From the NCBI GenBank assembly GCA_042218075.1, contig JBDGRK010000018.1, forward strand, positions 50,224 to 114,223: a stretch of 64,000 nt of DNA, in the 5' to 3' direction. This document shows, piece after piece, positions 17,877 to 28,949 of this stretch (position 1 is the stretch's first letter; the number at the start of each line of letters is the position of its first letter). The position numbers and the translations under genes are program-made. This DNA comes from Candidatus Nanohaloarchaea archaeon (lineage in GTDB: Archaea > Nanohalarchaeota > Nanosalinia > Nanosalinales > Nanosalinaceae). Below the pieces are notes generated by a model. The model worked only from the letters and a program-made list of their open reading frames with translations. It searched no databases and was not told the DNA's origin.

Positions 17877-19334
17877 ATGCAGAGAGAGTTTCTGGACCAG
17901 CTGATAGAGCGCAACCTGGTAAAGCACCAGATCGACTCTTACAACCGATTTGTCGAGGAGAGAGTACAGGCGATTCTCAATGAAGTAGGAGAAATTGAGC
18001 CAGAATTACCGGATGGAGAAGAACTTGTTATCAAGATAGTGGACGTTGACATCGAGAGGCCCAAGCTTAACGAGGCAGATGGCTCCGTCAGGCAGATAAC
18101 TCCCAAGGAGGCCAGAATGAGAGACCTGACATACTCCTCCGAGATCAGGGTCACGATGACACCTATATTCGAGGGCGTGCAGCAGGAGAGCGAAGAGGTT
18201 ACAATCGGGGAAATACCCGTTATGGTGGGATCTGATCTCTGCTGGAGCTCCGAATGGGACGAGGAGGAAAGAAGAGAAAATGGAGAAGACCCCAAAGATC
18301 CGGGAGGATACTTCATAGTCAACGGATCTGAAAAGATAATAATCGCGATGGAGGAGATGGCGAACAACAAGCCTGTATACCAGGACGATGACGGAGAACA
18401 GGTCTGCAGAATCAACTCCGAAAGCCAGGGATACGTCCAGAGACATGTTCTCAGGAGAGACGATGATATTGTCAACATCAGCTTTGCGAACGTGAAGAAG
18501 ACTCCAGCGGTTTCCCTGATTCGGGCACTAGGACTTGAAACGGATAAGGAGATAGTTGAAGCGATCGGAGAAGACTACGCATCCGATGTCTACCTGAATA
18601 TATACGAGACAGGCGCCTCAAACCAGGAAGAAGCCTACGAGTACGTTGCGAACCAGGCAGGGATAACAAACGATATCCAGGAAAGAGTTGACTCGATACT
18701 CGACGAATATTTACTACCGCATTTAGGGCAGGAACCAGACGCCAGGGATGACAAGGCAGAGTTCCTGGCCAACCTCATCAGAAATACAATAGCGCTCGGG
18801 AAGGGAGATATCAAGGAGGACGACATGGACCACTACGCCAACAAGAGGATCAACCTTGCGGGAGAGCTGCTTGAGATGCAGTTCAGGAGCGTTTTCCTAG
18901 GAAAATGGGGTCTTCTTGCGAGAATGAAATACAACTTCAGGAAGAGCGCGAAGAGAGGAAGGCTTCCCTCACTTCAGTCAACGATCGTCGCTGACACCCT
19001 GACAAAACAGATAATGGGGGCTATGGCAACAGGCAACTGGGTGGGCGGAAGGACTGGAATCTGCCAGAGAATGAACAGAGGAAACAGGATAAAGACCCTG
19101 GCCCACCTGAGACAGGTTAACTCTCCGCTCAGCTCGGAGAGACAGCACTTCGAGGCACGTGATCTGCACCCGACCCAGTGGGGCAGGATAGGACCTATCA
19201 AAACTCCTGAAGGAATGAACATCGGACTCAGAACTCACCTGGCTATGGCAGCCAACGTATCAACAGGGATGAATGATATGCAGAGAAACTCACTAAAGGC
19301 CAAGCTGGAAGAAGAGGGGATTGACGCAAGATGA
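17877..19334 (+). CDS. rpoB2: RNA polymerase subunit B''
   Basis: HQIDSYN, EARMRDLTY, DPGGYFIVNG, RDLHPTQWG, TPEG. Confidence 0.96.
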   Translation: MQREFLDQLIERNLVKHQIDSYNRFVEERVQAILNEVGEIEPELPDGEELVIKIVDVDIERPKLNEADGSVRQITPKEARMRDLTYSSEIRVTMTPIFEGVQQESEEVTIGEIPVMVGSDLCWSSEWDEEERRENGEDPKDPGGYFIVNGSEKIIIAMEEMANNKPVYQDDDGEQVCRINSESQGYVQRHVLRRDDDIVNISFANVKKTPAVSLIRALGLETDKEIVEAIGEDYASDVYLNIYETGASNQEEAYEYVANQAGITNDIQERVDSILDEYLLPHLGQEPDARDDKAEFLANLIRNTIALGKGDIKEDDMDHYANKRINLAGELLEMQFRSVFLGKWGLLARMKYNFRKSAKRGRLPSLQSTIVADTLTKQIMGAMATGNWVGGRTGICQRMNRGNRIKTLAHLRQVNSPLSSERQHFEARDLHPTQWGRIGPIKTPEGMNIGLRTHLAMAANVSTGMNDMQRNSLKAKLEEEGIDAR

Positions 19335-19455
19335 TGAAAGGCAACATTAACTTGAAGGAAGACCGGGGAGAAAAATCTCTAAAGAAAAAAGCGAGAGCTA
19401 TTGAGAGCGAAGCTCGAATGCAGCTCAGGATGCTGAAACTCTCGAGGTGAGTTTC

Positions 19456-21249
19456 ATGACGAAGGTATTTCTTGATGGAGAACTGGTGGACGAGATAGAA
19501 GAGCCTGAAGAGATAAAAGATTCTGTTATGGAAAGAAGAAGGAGCGGTGAACTGGATAAAGAAGTCTCAGTATACTATGCTGAAGACAAGGACGAGCTGA
19601 GGATAAACTCCGATGCGGGAAGGGTCCAGAGACCTGTAATTATAGTTGAAGATGGAGAGCCGCAGCTGACGGACGACCAGAGAGAAAAGCTCTCCGAGGG
19701 GAAAATTACACTAGAAGACCTGGAAGAGAAGGGAGTTATAGAGTATATTGACGCGGAGGAAGAGGAGAACGCGTATGTGGCTATGGATGAGGAAGAAGTG
19801 ACCGAGGAGCACACTCACATGGAGATCGACCCGGCGATCACCCACGGCCTATCCGCCTCACTCGTGGTCTTTCCCGAACACAACAGGGGAGACAGGGTCA
19901 ACTTCGGAGCAAAAATGTCGGGACAGGGAATTGGAATGTATTCGCGCGAATATCCGCAGAGGTTCGACACCAACGCTAACGTACTGACATACGCGCAGCA
20001 GCCTGTAGTCGAGACGCAGACGTACGATACGCTTCTACACGACCACCCGATAGGCCAGAACATGATAATCGCACTTGGTTCTTTCGACGGCTACAATATT
20101 GAGGACGCTGTTATAATGAACAAGGCGAGTATTGAGAGAGGGCTCGCGAGATCAGCCTACATGAGAACCTACAAGACAGAGGCACAGAGGTTCTGGGGCG
20201 GACAGCAGGATGAAATTGGAGTACCGGACAAGGATGTAAGAGGATACAGGAGCGAGGAAGCATACGCTCACCTGGATGAGGATGGAATAGTCAACCCCGA
20301 GACAGAGGTCGATTCAGATGACGTACTGGTCGGGAAGACCTCGCCTCCGAAGTTCTTGGGATCCGGAGGAGAAGACGTCAAGATGGGGCTTGCAGACAGG
20401 AGGGAGACCAGTCTCACGGTCAGACACGGAGAGCAGGGCAAGATCGATACTGTGATGGTCTCCGAGACAGGAGAAGGAGACAAACTCATCAAGATGAAAC
20501 TTCGCGAGTACAGAATTCCGGAGCTCGGCGACAAGTTCGCGACCAGACATGGCCAGAAGGGAGTCATAGGGATGATTGCATCCGAGGAAGACATGCCTTT
20601 CACCAGGCAGGGAATCACACCGGACATGATCCTTTCAACCCACGCCATCCCCAGCCGCATGACAGTGTCACAGATAATCGAACTGATCGGCGGAAAGGTA
20701 GGTGCGATGAGAGGAGAGCCTGTAGACGGTACCGCCTTCCACTCCGAAGACAAGGACGAACTCAAGGAGGAGCTGGAAGAACTTGGATTCAGGTCCTCAG
20801 GAAAGGAAGTGATGTACGACGGAGTAACGGGAGAGGAAATGGAGGCGGAGATACTGATTGGGCCAGGATACTACCTGAAACTGGATCATCAGGTCGGCGA
20901 CAAGATTCACGCAAGAGCCAGAGGACCGGTCACCCTCCTGACAAAACAGCCTACCGAGGGAAGATCCCAGGAGGGAGGTCTAAGGCTGGGAGAGATGGAA
21001 AAAGATGTCTTCGTAGGACACGGAGCTTCCCTGCTACTCAAGGAGAGATTCGGGGCTGACGCCACCGAGATCAAGGTATGTGAGAAGTGTGGAGAAGTAG
21101 GTATGCTTGACCGCGAGGAAAACGCTGAATACTGTCCAAACTGCGAATCAGGCGACCTCGAAGAGACAGAAGTACCTCATGCATTCCTGCTGCTCCTGAA
21201 CGAGCTAAAATCACTTATGATCGACTCCGAGATAGAACTCGAAAGCTGA
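19456..21249 (+). CDS. rpoB1: RNA polymerase subunit B'
   Basis: GYNIEDA, GDKFATRHGQKG, GGLRLGEME. Confidence 0.97.
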   Translation: MTKVFLDGELVDEIEEPEEIKDSVMERRRSGELDKEVSVYYAEDKDELRINSDAGRVQRPVIIVEDGEPQLTDDQREKLSEGKITLEDLEEKGVIEYIDAEEEENAYVAMDEEEVTEEHTHMEIDPAITHGLSASLVVFPEHNRGDRVNFGAKMSGQGIGMYSREYPQRFDTNANVLTYAQQPVVETQTYDTLLHDHPIGQNMIIALGSFDGYNIEDAVIMNKASIERGLARSAYMRTYKTEAQRFWGGQQDEIGVPDKDVRGYRSEEAYAHLDEDGIVNPETEVDSDDVLVGKTSPPKFLGSGGEDVKMGLADRRETSLTVRHGEQGKIDTVMVSETGEGDKLIKMKLREYRIPELGDKFATRHGQKGVIGMIASEEDMPFTRQGITPDMILSTHAIPSRMTVSQIIELIGGKVGAMRGEPVDGTAFHSEDKDELKEELEELGFRSSGKEVMYDGVTGEEMEAEILIGPGYYLKLDHQVGDKIHARARGPVTLLTKQPTEGRSQEGGLRLGEMEKDVFVGHGASLLLKERFGADATEIKVCEKCGEVGMLDREENAEYCPNCESGDLEETEVPHAFLLLLNELKSLMIDSEIELES

Positions 21250-21254
21250 TAATC

Positions 21255-23720
21255 ATGAAAGAGATAGAAAAGATAGAATTCGGAATTGTTGACGCGGAGA
21301 AAATCCAGAATATTGCGGTAAAGGAGATTGATAAAGCAGAAGTCTACGATGCGGACGGATTTCCCGTTGAAGACGGTGTCATGGATCCAGCGCTGGGAGT
21401 GATCGATCCGGGTATGACATGCCAGACCTGCGGCGGAAAGATTCGGGAGTGCAAGGGCCACTTCGGAAAGATTACTTTAAGCCGCCCGGTTGTACATGTA
21501 CTACACAACAAGAAGGTGAGAAACCTTCTGAGGTTCACCTGCCACGAATGCCATACGCTGTGCATAAAGAATGAGGATAAATCGCTCAGGAAGTCCAACA
21601 TGATGAACGAGTGCCCGGAATGCGGGGAAGAAGTTATGGACGTGAGACTTGACAAACCGTATTCATACTACGAGGATGGCGAAGAGCTAAAGCCACAGGA
21701 CATACAGGAAAGATTTGAAGAGGTAAGCGACGAGACCGCTGCAACTCTGGGAGTCGAAGGCGGGAGGCCTGAAGATCTTATCATAACTCACGTTCCGGTG
21801 CCCCCTGTGACAATGAGACCGAGCATCACGCTGGAGACAGGGGAGAGGTCCGAGGACGATATCACTCACAAGCTTGTAGATGTTATCAGGATAAACAAGA
21901 GGCTTCAAAACAATATAGAAATCGAGGCTCCCGACTTTATTATCGACGATCTTCACGAACTGCTGCAGTACCACGTTTCAACGCTGTTCTACAACGACAT
22001 GAGTAATGTTCCGCCTGCAAGACACAGATCCGGAAGATCGCTCAAGTCGCTGATTGAGAGAGTTCAGGGTAAAGAGGGGCGTTTCAGGCAGAACCTGATC
22101 GGCAAGAGGGTCAACTTTTCCTCTAGAACAGTCATATCCCCCGATCCAAACATCGGCATCAACGAGGTAGGAGTACCGAAGCAGGTGGCCAGAAAGCTTA
22201 CTATCAAGGTGAAGATAGATGAAGAGAATATGGATCGGGTGAAGAAATGGATTGAGAATGGAAGAGAGGAACACCCCGGGGCGAACTACGTTTTCCAGCC
22301 TGACGGAAGAAGGAGAAGAATCACTGAAGAGAACAAGGAAGATATGATCGAAGCCGTGGAGCCTGGAGAGGGATGGGAAATCGAGAGACATCTCCAGGAC
22401 GGCGACATCTCACTGTTCAACAGGCAACCCTCACTACACAGGATGTCGATCATGGCACACCACGTGAGAGTTCTTCCATACCGAACATTCCGCATCAACC
22501 CGAACGTCTGCGCTCCCTACAACGCCGACTTCGACGGTGACGAGATGAACCTGCATATCCCACAGACAGAGGAAGCAAGGGCGGAGGCAGAGGAACTGCT
22601 CAAGGTGCAGGAGCACGCCAAGTCTCCAAAGATGGGAGGACCGATCCTCGGCATGCTACAGGACTACGTGTCCGGACTATACCTTCTTACGCAGGAGGAC
22701 ATGGAACTCTCCAGGGAGAAAGCTTTCAACCTTCTCGCAGAGGCGGGAGAGCACGAGAAAAGTCTACCTGACAAGGATACCATAACCGGCAAGGAAATGG
22801 TTTCGATGTTCATACCGGACGACATCTCTCTTACCATAAACGAGGGAGAGGAAAACGAGGTAGTTATTGAAGACGGAGAACTGGCTGAAGGAGTGCTGGA
22901 CGAGGACGCACTCGGGGACTACGGGGGCGAGATCATCCAGCAGCTAAATATTGAATACGGGAGCGAAAAGGTAGCGGAGTTCCTGAACAGGGTTTCCAGA
23001 ATCGGCGCCGTCTACCTGACAAGGAGAGGTTTCTCCATCAGTCTGGACGACCTTGAAGTACCTGAGGAAGCCACGGATGAAATCCACGAACTAATAGAAC
23101 AAACTATTAACGACGCTGAAGAAGTCATCGAAGGGTACAGGTCGGGAGAGATGGAACCGATTACAGGCAAGACACTGGACGAGACACGCGAGATAAGGAT
23201 CACACAGACCCTGAACAACGTGTTTACCGATATTGGAGAAATAATAAGAGAAAACGTTGAAGATGATAGCTCAGCATACATCATGGCCGACTCCGGTGCG
23301 AGAGGCTCCATGGAGAACGTTACAACCATGGCAGGACTGATGGGGCAGAACTCGGTCCGAGACCAGAGGATAAACAGGGGATACAAGGACAGGACCACAT
23401 CCCACTTCAAGCCCGGAGAACTGTCTCCGAAGGCTAAAGGATTCGTATCCTCATCGATCCTGGAAGGACTTGACGCACAGGAAATGTTCTTCCACCAGAT
23501 GTCGCAGAGAAAGGCTCTGATGGACAAGTCGTTGAGAACCAAGACATCCGGATACATGTACCGTCGACTGTCCAACTCCCTCCAGGACCTTACTGTGAGA
23601 GAAGACCAGACGGTGAGGAACGCGCAGGACGATATAATCCAGTTCAGAGCTGGAGAAGACGGAGTTGACCCACAAAAATCCGACAGAGGAATAATATCCA
23701 CGGAAATAGAGACCAGCTAG
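21255..23720 (+). CDS. rpoA1: RNA polymerase subunit A'
   Basis: YNADFDGDEMN catalytic motif. Confidence 0.97.
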   Translation: MKEIEKIEFGIVDAEKIQNIAVKEIDKAEVYDADGFPVEDGVMDPALGVIDPGMTCQTCGGKIRECKGHFGKITLSRPVVHVLHNKKVRNLLRFTCHECHTLCIKNEDKSLRKSNMMNECPECGEEVMDVRLDKPYSYYEDGEELKPQDIQERFEEVSDETAATLGVEGGRPEDLIITHVPVPPVTMRPSITLETGERSEDDITHKLVDVIRINKRLQNNIEIEAPDFIIDDLHELLQYHVSTLFYNDMSNVPPARHRSGRSLKSLIERVQGKEGRFRQNLIGKRVNFSSRTVISPDPNIGINEVGVPKQVARKLTIKVKIDEENMDRVKKWIENGREEHPGANYVFQPDGRRRRITEENKEDMIEAVEPGEGWEIERHLQDGDISLFNRQPSLHRMSIMAHHVRVLPYRTFRINPNVCAPYNADFDGDEMNLHIPQTEEARAEAEELLKVQEHAKSPKMGGPILGMLQDYVSGLYLLTQEDMELSREKAFNLLAEAGEHEKSLPDKDTITGKEMVSMFIPDDISLTINEGEENEVVIEDGELAEGVLDEDALGDYGGEIIQQLNIEYGSEKVAEFLNRVSRIGAVYLTRRGFSISLDDLEVPEEATDEIHELIEQTINDAEEVIEGYRSGEMEPITGKTLDETREIRITQTLNNVFTDIGEIIRENVEDDSSAYIMADSGARGSMENVTTMAGLMGQNSVRDQRINRGYKDRTTSHFKPGELSPKAKGFVSSSILEGLDAQEMFFHQMSQRKALMDKSLRTKTSGYMYRRLSNSLQDLTVREDQTVRNAQDDIIQFRAGEDGVDPQKSDRGIISTEIETS

Positions 23721-23730
23721 GTGATCAGGC

Positions 23731-24840
23731 ATGAATGACATACTTGAATGGCGTGAAAGGGCTGAACGGCTTCCTGAAAAGTACGATAACCTAGATCTTA
23801 CTGAGGAACAGAAGGAAACTCTTAAAGAGCGCTACCAGAAGATGCAGTACGAGCCCGGAGAATCGATCGGTCTGGTCGCCGCTCAGTCTTTGGGAGAACC
23901 GGCGACACAGCTGACGATGGAAACATACCACGCAGCAGGAGCCGCCCAGGTGAGTCTTACCGCGGGGCTTCCGAGGCTGGAGGAAATAGTTGACGCGAGG
24001 AGAAACCCTGATACGCCTTCAATGGATGTATACCTGCATGAAGACTACGATAATGAGGAAGACGCGAAGCAGGTGGCTAGAAAGCTCCGGGAGGTAACTT
24101 TCGGGGACCTGATCCGGAAGGATACTCTCGATATAATGCAACTTGAGGTCGAATACGAACTTAATGAAGACCTGATGGAAGACTATGATGTTGACGCGGA
24201 GGACATAAAGTCAAGGATCAAGGACTCCGTGAAGAAAGTTAAGGTGGAGATCGACGGGAATACCCTTACACTGACTTCTTCTGAAGACGACTACGATCTA
24301 AGAGATCTGAAGGACCTGAAGAATGATGCGGAAGAGGCAAGGATCAAGGGCATAAAGGGAATAGAACAGGTTGTTGTCAACCAGCAGAACGGTGAGTGGA
24401 GGCTCCAGACCGCGGGCACCTCTCTGAGAAAAACACTGAAAATTGAAGAGGTTGACGAGACACGCACCATCTCAAATGATCTCTACGAAGTTAAGAAAGT
24501 GGTTGGGGTGGAAGCACTGAGGCAGAGGATCGTGGAGGAGATCAACGACACGCTGGACGCGCAGGGAATCGGAGTCGACGACAGGCACATCATGTTACTC
24601 GCAGATATGATGACAAAGGAAGGAGAACTCAACGGAACCACAAGGTACGGTATAGTCGGAAACAAGGAATCGGTACTGGCAAGATCAGCATACGAGGAGA
24701 CCAAGAAACATCTCACGAACGCCTCACTCTGGGGAGAGAGCGACGAGCTTGAAGGTATCGTCGAGAACCTGATGGTTGGCCAGGCAGTACCCACAGGAAC
24801 AGGAGTTGTAGAGCTCAAACCGGGATTCGGCGATGACTAG
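23731..24840 (+). CDS. rpoA2: RNA polymerase subunit A''
   Basis: AAQSLGEPATQLTM, GLPRLEEI. Confidence 0.97.
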   Translation: MNDILEWRERAERLPEKYDNLDLTEEQKETLKERYQKMQYEPGESIGLVAAQSLGEPATQLTMETYHAAGAAQVSLTAGLPRLEEIVDARRNPDTPSMDVYLHEDYDNEEDAKQVARKLREVTFGDLIRKDTLDIMQLEVEYELNEDLMEDYDVDAEDIKSRIKDSVKKVKVEIDGNTLTLTSSEDDYDLRDLKDLKNDAEEARIKGIKGIEQVVVNQQNGEWRLQTAGTSLRKTLKIEEVDETRTISNDLYEVKKVVGVEALRQRIVEEINDTLDAQGIGVDDRHIMLLADMMTKEGELNGTTRYGIVGNKESVLARSAYEETKKHLTNASLWGESDELEGIVENLMVGQAVPTGTGVVELKPGFGDD

Positions 24841-24921
24841 AGAACAGAGGTTTATAAAATATGGGTCTAAATTTGATGGTACAGAAGCTGTAAACAGAAT
24901 ATTGTTCTCAGAGGATAATAC

Positions 24922-25344
24922 ATGTCAACAGTAACCTACGACACGGAAAACATCCGCGCGATGAACATGTTTGAATCGGTGAGCGGTGTAGAAGCTATCG
25001 ACGTTATTCTGAAGGACAGTGAGGCCTACTTCGTTGTTCCCGAGGGAAAGGCAGGCATGGCGATTGGAAAGGGAGGAAAGGTTGTCAACAAGATACAGGA
25101 CAAGCTGGACAAGGATGTGAAGATCTACGAGTACAGCGACAACCTCGGCAAGTTCCTGAACAACCTTGTGCCCACAGACCTGAGAGGAGTGGATATCGAG
25201 AATGGGGAAGAAGAGAAGAAGGTCGAAATTTCTGTCGCCCCGGACAACAAGGGAAGGGTTGTCGGAAAGAACGGAAACAAGATCGACTCAATCAGAAAGG
25301 TTTTACAGAGAACACACGGAGTCGACGAAGTAGTGGTGGATTAA
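24922..25344 (+). CDS. nusA: NusA-like KH-domain transcription factor
   Basis: AIGKGG and VVGKNG KH motifs; position after rpoA''. Confidence 0.92.
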   Translation: MSTVTYDTENIRAMNMFESVSGVEAIDVILKDSEAYFVVPEGKAGMAIGKGGKVVNKIQDKLDKDVKIYEYSDNLGKFLNNLVPTDLRGVDIENGEEEKKVEISVAPDNKGRVVGKNGNKIDSIRKVLQRTHGVDEVVVD

Positions 25345-25365
25345 AGCTTTGAAGCTTGAGTTCGA

Positions 25366-25686
25366 ATGAACTCTATGGCTGACGAAATCCATTTCTGTCC
25401 AAACTGCGGTTCGCTGAACGTGGAACCTGATACCTCTAACAGGGCCGAGATATACTTTTCAGGCGGTAACCCGAACAAGTGGATGTGTAATGAGTGCAAG
25501 TACAATGGCTTAATGCCGGAGGGAGACCCTGAAGAGGATTTCGGGGATGAAATGGATCAAGCGGAGTTTGATACCGACCAAGAATACGTGAGAATTGACA
25601 CAGGTTTTGGCGAAGGATACCTCAAATTTGTGATTTACATTATTATTCCGGCAACTTTTATCTACCTCGTTCTGCTCTACATCTGA
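25366..25686 (+). CDS. Zn-ribbon membrane-anchored hypothetical protein
   Basis: CPNC...CNEC, C-terminal TM helix. Confidence 0.7.
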   Translation: MNSMADEIHFCPNCGSLNVEPDTSNRAEIYFSGGNPNKWMCNECKYNGLMPEGDPEEDFGDEMDQAEFDTDQEYVRIDTGFGEGYLKFVIYIIIPATFIYLVLLYI

Positions 25687-25721
25687 GTAACCTTATTTTT
25701 AACCCTGCCAAATTCAGTTGT

Positions 25722-27287
25722 ATGAAGAATCCGAAAAAGGATCTGGAAGACTTTAACCGGTTCAGGAAAGTTCTCACAATTATAACTGAAGAAGGATTCA
25801 AGTACCTGCTTGACCGCATCAATCTCTCTGAACACGTCCCGCTCACGAAGAGAGTGGTGAACAGGAAGAGGGAGACCAGGCCGGAGAGGGTCAGGGAGAC
25901 GGTCGAAAAGCTCGGAACCACCTACATAAAGTTCGGCCAAATACTCGCGGAGAGGCCCGACATAGTATCAGAAAAGTACTGCGAGGAGCTGGAAAAGCTT
26001 GAGGACTCGGCACCTGAATTCCCGATTGAAAAAGCCAGGAATGTAGTGGATGAAGAAATAGGTCTTGATGAGATCGAGGAATTTGAGGAGGAAGCCATAG
26101 CGGCAGCCTCAATAGCCCAGGTCCACAGGGGAAAATTGAAGAATGGCGATGAAGTCATCTTCAAGATCAGGAGGCCTGGAGTGGTGGAACAGGTCGAGAA
26201 AGACCTTGACATACTTCTCTATATTGCGAGCAAGGTTGACGGGCACGTGGGGATTGGAAAAAACTTCATCTACAAGGAGGCGGAGGAATTCGCCAGGTGG
26301 ACCAGAAACGAGCTTGATTTCGAGAAAGAGGCCAGGAACGCAAGGGTTTTCAGGGAAAACATGGAAGACGAGGAAAATGTCAGGGTGCCGAAAATATACC
26401 CTGAACTCAGTTCCGAAAGGCTGCTGGTGATGGAGTACATCGATGCATTCAAGTGTGACAACGTTGAAAAAATCCGTGAGGCAGGCGTTGATGAGAAAGA
26501 GATAGCGCGCTCCGGTATAAGAGCGGTCCTGAAACAGATTCTCAGGGATGGACTTCTCCACGCGGACCCTCATCCATCCAACTTCATGGTGGATAAAGAC
26601 GGTAATCTTGTTTTCCTGGATTTCGGGATGATGACAAGGATCTCAGAGGAAACTCAGAGGGAACTAGGGATGATGATGCTCCAGATTGGAAACCAGGATG
26701 TGGAAGGCCTCCTCGAAACGATCAGGCGTATAGCAGAAGTAAAAGAAGACGCTGATATAGAGAGCTTCAAGAAAGAGCTCGAGAGAGAAACACTCAAACT
26801 CCGGGACACTTCGATAGAAGAGCAGAGCGTTAGCAGGGTTCTGATAAGGCTCTCCCAGCAGGCCGCTACTCACAGAATATACCTTCCAACAAAGATCACG
26901 CTGATAGGGAAGGGGATACTGACAATAGAAGGCATAGGCCTCAAAATATACCCGGAATTCGAGGTTGGAGACGAGTTCCAGGATCAGGTTGAAAAACTTC
27001 TGCTCAAGCAGAACAGCCCGGACGATATGGCGAAGGATTTCCTGTTCAACATGATACAGAACAGGGAGCTGATCACGAAGATGCCGGAGAAATTGAACAA
27101 GAAGATCGACGAGGTAGAAAGGAAGCAGAAGATAGAGATCAGACAGAAGAAGAGACAAAAGTTTCTGCCAATCATTCTGATCATCAGTTCAACCATTCTG
27201 GTGGCTGCCTCACTTTACGACCGCATGTTCCTCTACATAGGTTTGCTGGAGCTTCTGTATGGTCTGCATCTTTTCGAGAAAAACTGA
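25722..27287 (+). CDS. AarF/UbiB (ABC1) family kinase
   Basis: [26 protein letters not shown]. Confidence 0.93.
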   Translation: MKNPKKDLEDFNRFRKVLTIITEEGFKYLLDRINLSEHVPLTKRVVNRKRETRPERVRETVEKLGTTYIKFGQILAERPDIVSEKYCEELEKLEDSAPEFPIEKARNVVDEEIGLDEIEEFEEEAIAAASIAQVHRGKLKNGDEVIFKIRRPGVVEQVEKDLDILLYIASKVDGHVGIGKNFIYKEAEEFARWTRNELDFEKEARNARVFRENMEDEENVRVPKIYPELSSERLLVMEYIDAFKCDNVEKIREAGVDEKEIARSGIRAVLKQILRDGLLHADPHPSNFMVDKDGNLVFLDFGMMTRISEETQRELGMMMLQIGNQDVEGLLETIRRIAEVKEDADIESFKKELERETLKLRDTSIEEQSVSRVLIRLSQQAATHRIYLPTKITLIGKGILTIEGIGLKIYPEFEVGDEFQDQVEKLLLKQNSPDDMAKDFLFNMIQNRELITKMPEKLNKKIDEVERKQKIEIRQKKRQKFLPIILIISSTILVAASLYDRMFLYIGLLELLYGLHLFEKN

Positions 27288-27328
27288 TCATCTCATATAA
27301 AAAACTTCACTCCGTTTTTCAGGTTACG

Positions 27329-27751
27329 ATGGGGCTCTACAACGCTCGAAAAATGAGGAAGAAGCGCCAGCAGTACCGCTGGAGCGACATCGATTACAAG
27401 CGGAGGATGAAGAACCTGAAGGAGAAGGCCGATCCCCTGGAAGGATCACCTCAGGGAAGAGGCATTGTCCTGGAGAAAAGGATTATCGAGGCAAAGCAGC
27501 CGAACTCCGCGCTGAGAAAATGCGTTCGAGTCCAGCTAATCAAAAACGGGAAACAGCTGACAGCCTTCGTTCCCGGAGACGGAGCCATCGATCACATAGA
27601 CGAGCACGACGAGGTACTGATCGAGGGAATCGGAGGGGCAGACGCCGGACCGAAGGGAGACATCCCGACAGTAAGGTACCAGGTTGTGAAGGTCAACGGA
27701 GTATCGCTGATCGAACTGGTCAGAGGCAACCAGCAGAAACCGACGAGGTAA
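27329..27751 (+). CDS. rps12: 30S ribosomal protein S12 (uS12)
   Basis: [17 protein letters not shown]. Confidence 0.97.
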   Translation: MGLYNARKMRKKRQQYRWSDIDYKRRMKNLKEKADPLEGSPQGRGIVLEKRIIEAKQPNSALRKCVRVQLIKNGKQLTAFVPGDGAIDHIDEHDEVLIEGIGGADAGPKGDIPTVRYQVVKVNGVSLIELVRGNQQKPTR

Positions 27752-27764
27752 GGTGAATAATAAA

Positions 27765-28391
27765 ATGACGAGTGCAACCAAGATTGAAGTCGAGGACGAA
27801 CTCCTCACGATGGGAAGATGGGACGCGGGAGAAGCGGATATAGATGACGATGGACTCGTGAGATACATCAACCTGGAGAATATTCTGGCTCCCAGATCAA
27901 GGGGAAGGCACAGCGAAAAGCAGTTCTACAAAGCTGATGTCCCAATCGTTGAGAGGCTTTTGAACCGGCTTTACGTAGCCGGGCACCGCGGATCGAAGCA
28001 TTACATCGACTCGGGACACAACACGGGAAAGAGCCAGAAGCTCTGGAAGATGATCGAGGAAACCTTCGAGATAATCGAAGAAGAAACTGGAGAGAATCCC
28101 GTGCAGGTTCTTGTTGATGCGATTGAAAACTCTTCACCAGCTGAAGAGGTAGTCACATACCAGAGAGGAGGAGTCAGGGCAAGAAAAGCAGTTATCGTTT
28201 CCCCGCAGAGGAGAGTCGATCTCGCACTCAGACTACTGATCCAGGGCTCCTACGAGAAAAGGAGAAACGACCCGGATACAGCTGCGGAGACGCTCGCCAA
28301 CGAACTGATCATCGCCGCCAACGGGAACGACGATGCGAGAGCAGTGAGAGAGAAAGAGAGGAGAGAGAAGGAAGCAGAAGGTGCGAGGTAG
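27765..28391 (+). CDS. rps7: 30S ribosomal protein S7 (uS7)
   Basis: VPIVERL, NPVQVLVDAIEN, SPQRRVDLAL. Confidence 0.96.
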   Translation: MTSATKIEVEDELLTMGRWDAGEADIDDDGLVRYINLENILAPRSRGRHSEKQFYKADVPIVERLLNRLYVAGHRGSKHYIDSGHNTGKSQKLWKMIEETFEIIEEETGENPVQVLVDAIENSSPAEEVVTYQRGGVRARKAVIVSPQRRVDLALRLLIQGSYEKRRNDPDTAAETLANELIIAANGNDDARAVREKERREKEAEGAR

Positions 28392-28441
28392 GCAGATTGC
28401 CTTTTAGAGAATCAGCAAGATTTTCGCGAATGTGAGATTTT

Positions 28442-28846
28442 ATGGCTATCCTGAAAAAATGGGTAAGAAAGAAATATTTCGAAGACATTCTAGAAGGAGA
28501 TAAGACAGTTGAAGTGAGATCGCCGGACTCAAGAGATAATGATTACAGGAATTTTGCGGAAGGAGATATTCTGAAGCTGAAGAACGAGGAAAGAGGAACT
28601 GCCTGCTTTGAGTTAACAGGTGTTGCCAATTATAATTCTGCACAAGAACTTCTATATGAAGAAGGAGTAGAGAGTGTTCTACCTGAAGCAGATCGTATTG
28701 AGGAAGCAGAAGAGGAAATCCATGGAGTATATGAACCTGATAGAATTAATAAAAATGGAATCTACGCTATCAGGCTTGGAGACCTTCTGCGTTCAAATCC
28801 TTGGCCTTTCCTATCAGAGTACGAAGAAGCCGCAATGCCCTTTTAA
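28442..28846 (+). CDS. ASCH-domain protein
   Basis: YFEDILEGDKTVEVR...GD. Confidence 0.85.
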   Translation: MAILKKWVRKKYFEDILEGDKTVEVRSPDSRDNDYRNFAEGDILKLKNEERGTACFELTGVANYNSAQELLYEEGVESVLPEADRIEEAEEEIHGVYEPDRINKNGIYAIRLGDLLRSNPWPFLSEYEEAAMPF

Positions 28847-28891
28847 ATCTTGCAACTGCTTCTTACTACATAATTCGAGGTATAACTGAAA

Positions 28892-28949
28892 ATGAACGAA
28901 ATTCAAAGAATTTCTGGGCATCCAGAAAATAACCTACGGTGATTTTCGA
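28892..28949 (+). repeat. Inverted pair of REP-like hairpins in the EF-2 leader (near-identical to 34586-34640)
   Basis: ATGAACGAAATTCAAAGAATTTCTGGGCA.CCAGAAAAT...GGTGATTTTCG. Confidence 0.85.

Noticed and set aside
19335-19455. Intron re-fusing rpoB'' and rpoB'
   Set aside because: No BHB found; a split rpoB is normal in several archaeal lineages and rpoB' has its own SD.
24841-24921. Absence of L30e between rpoA'' and nusA
   Set aside because: Also lacking in haloarchaea and other lineages; not unusual.
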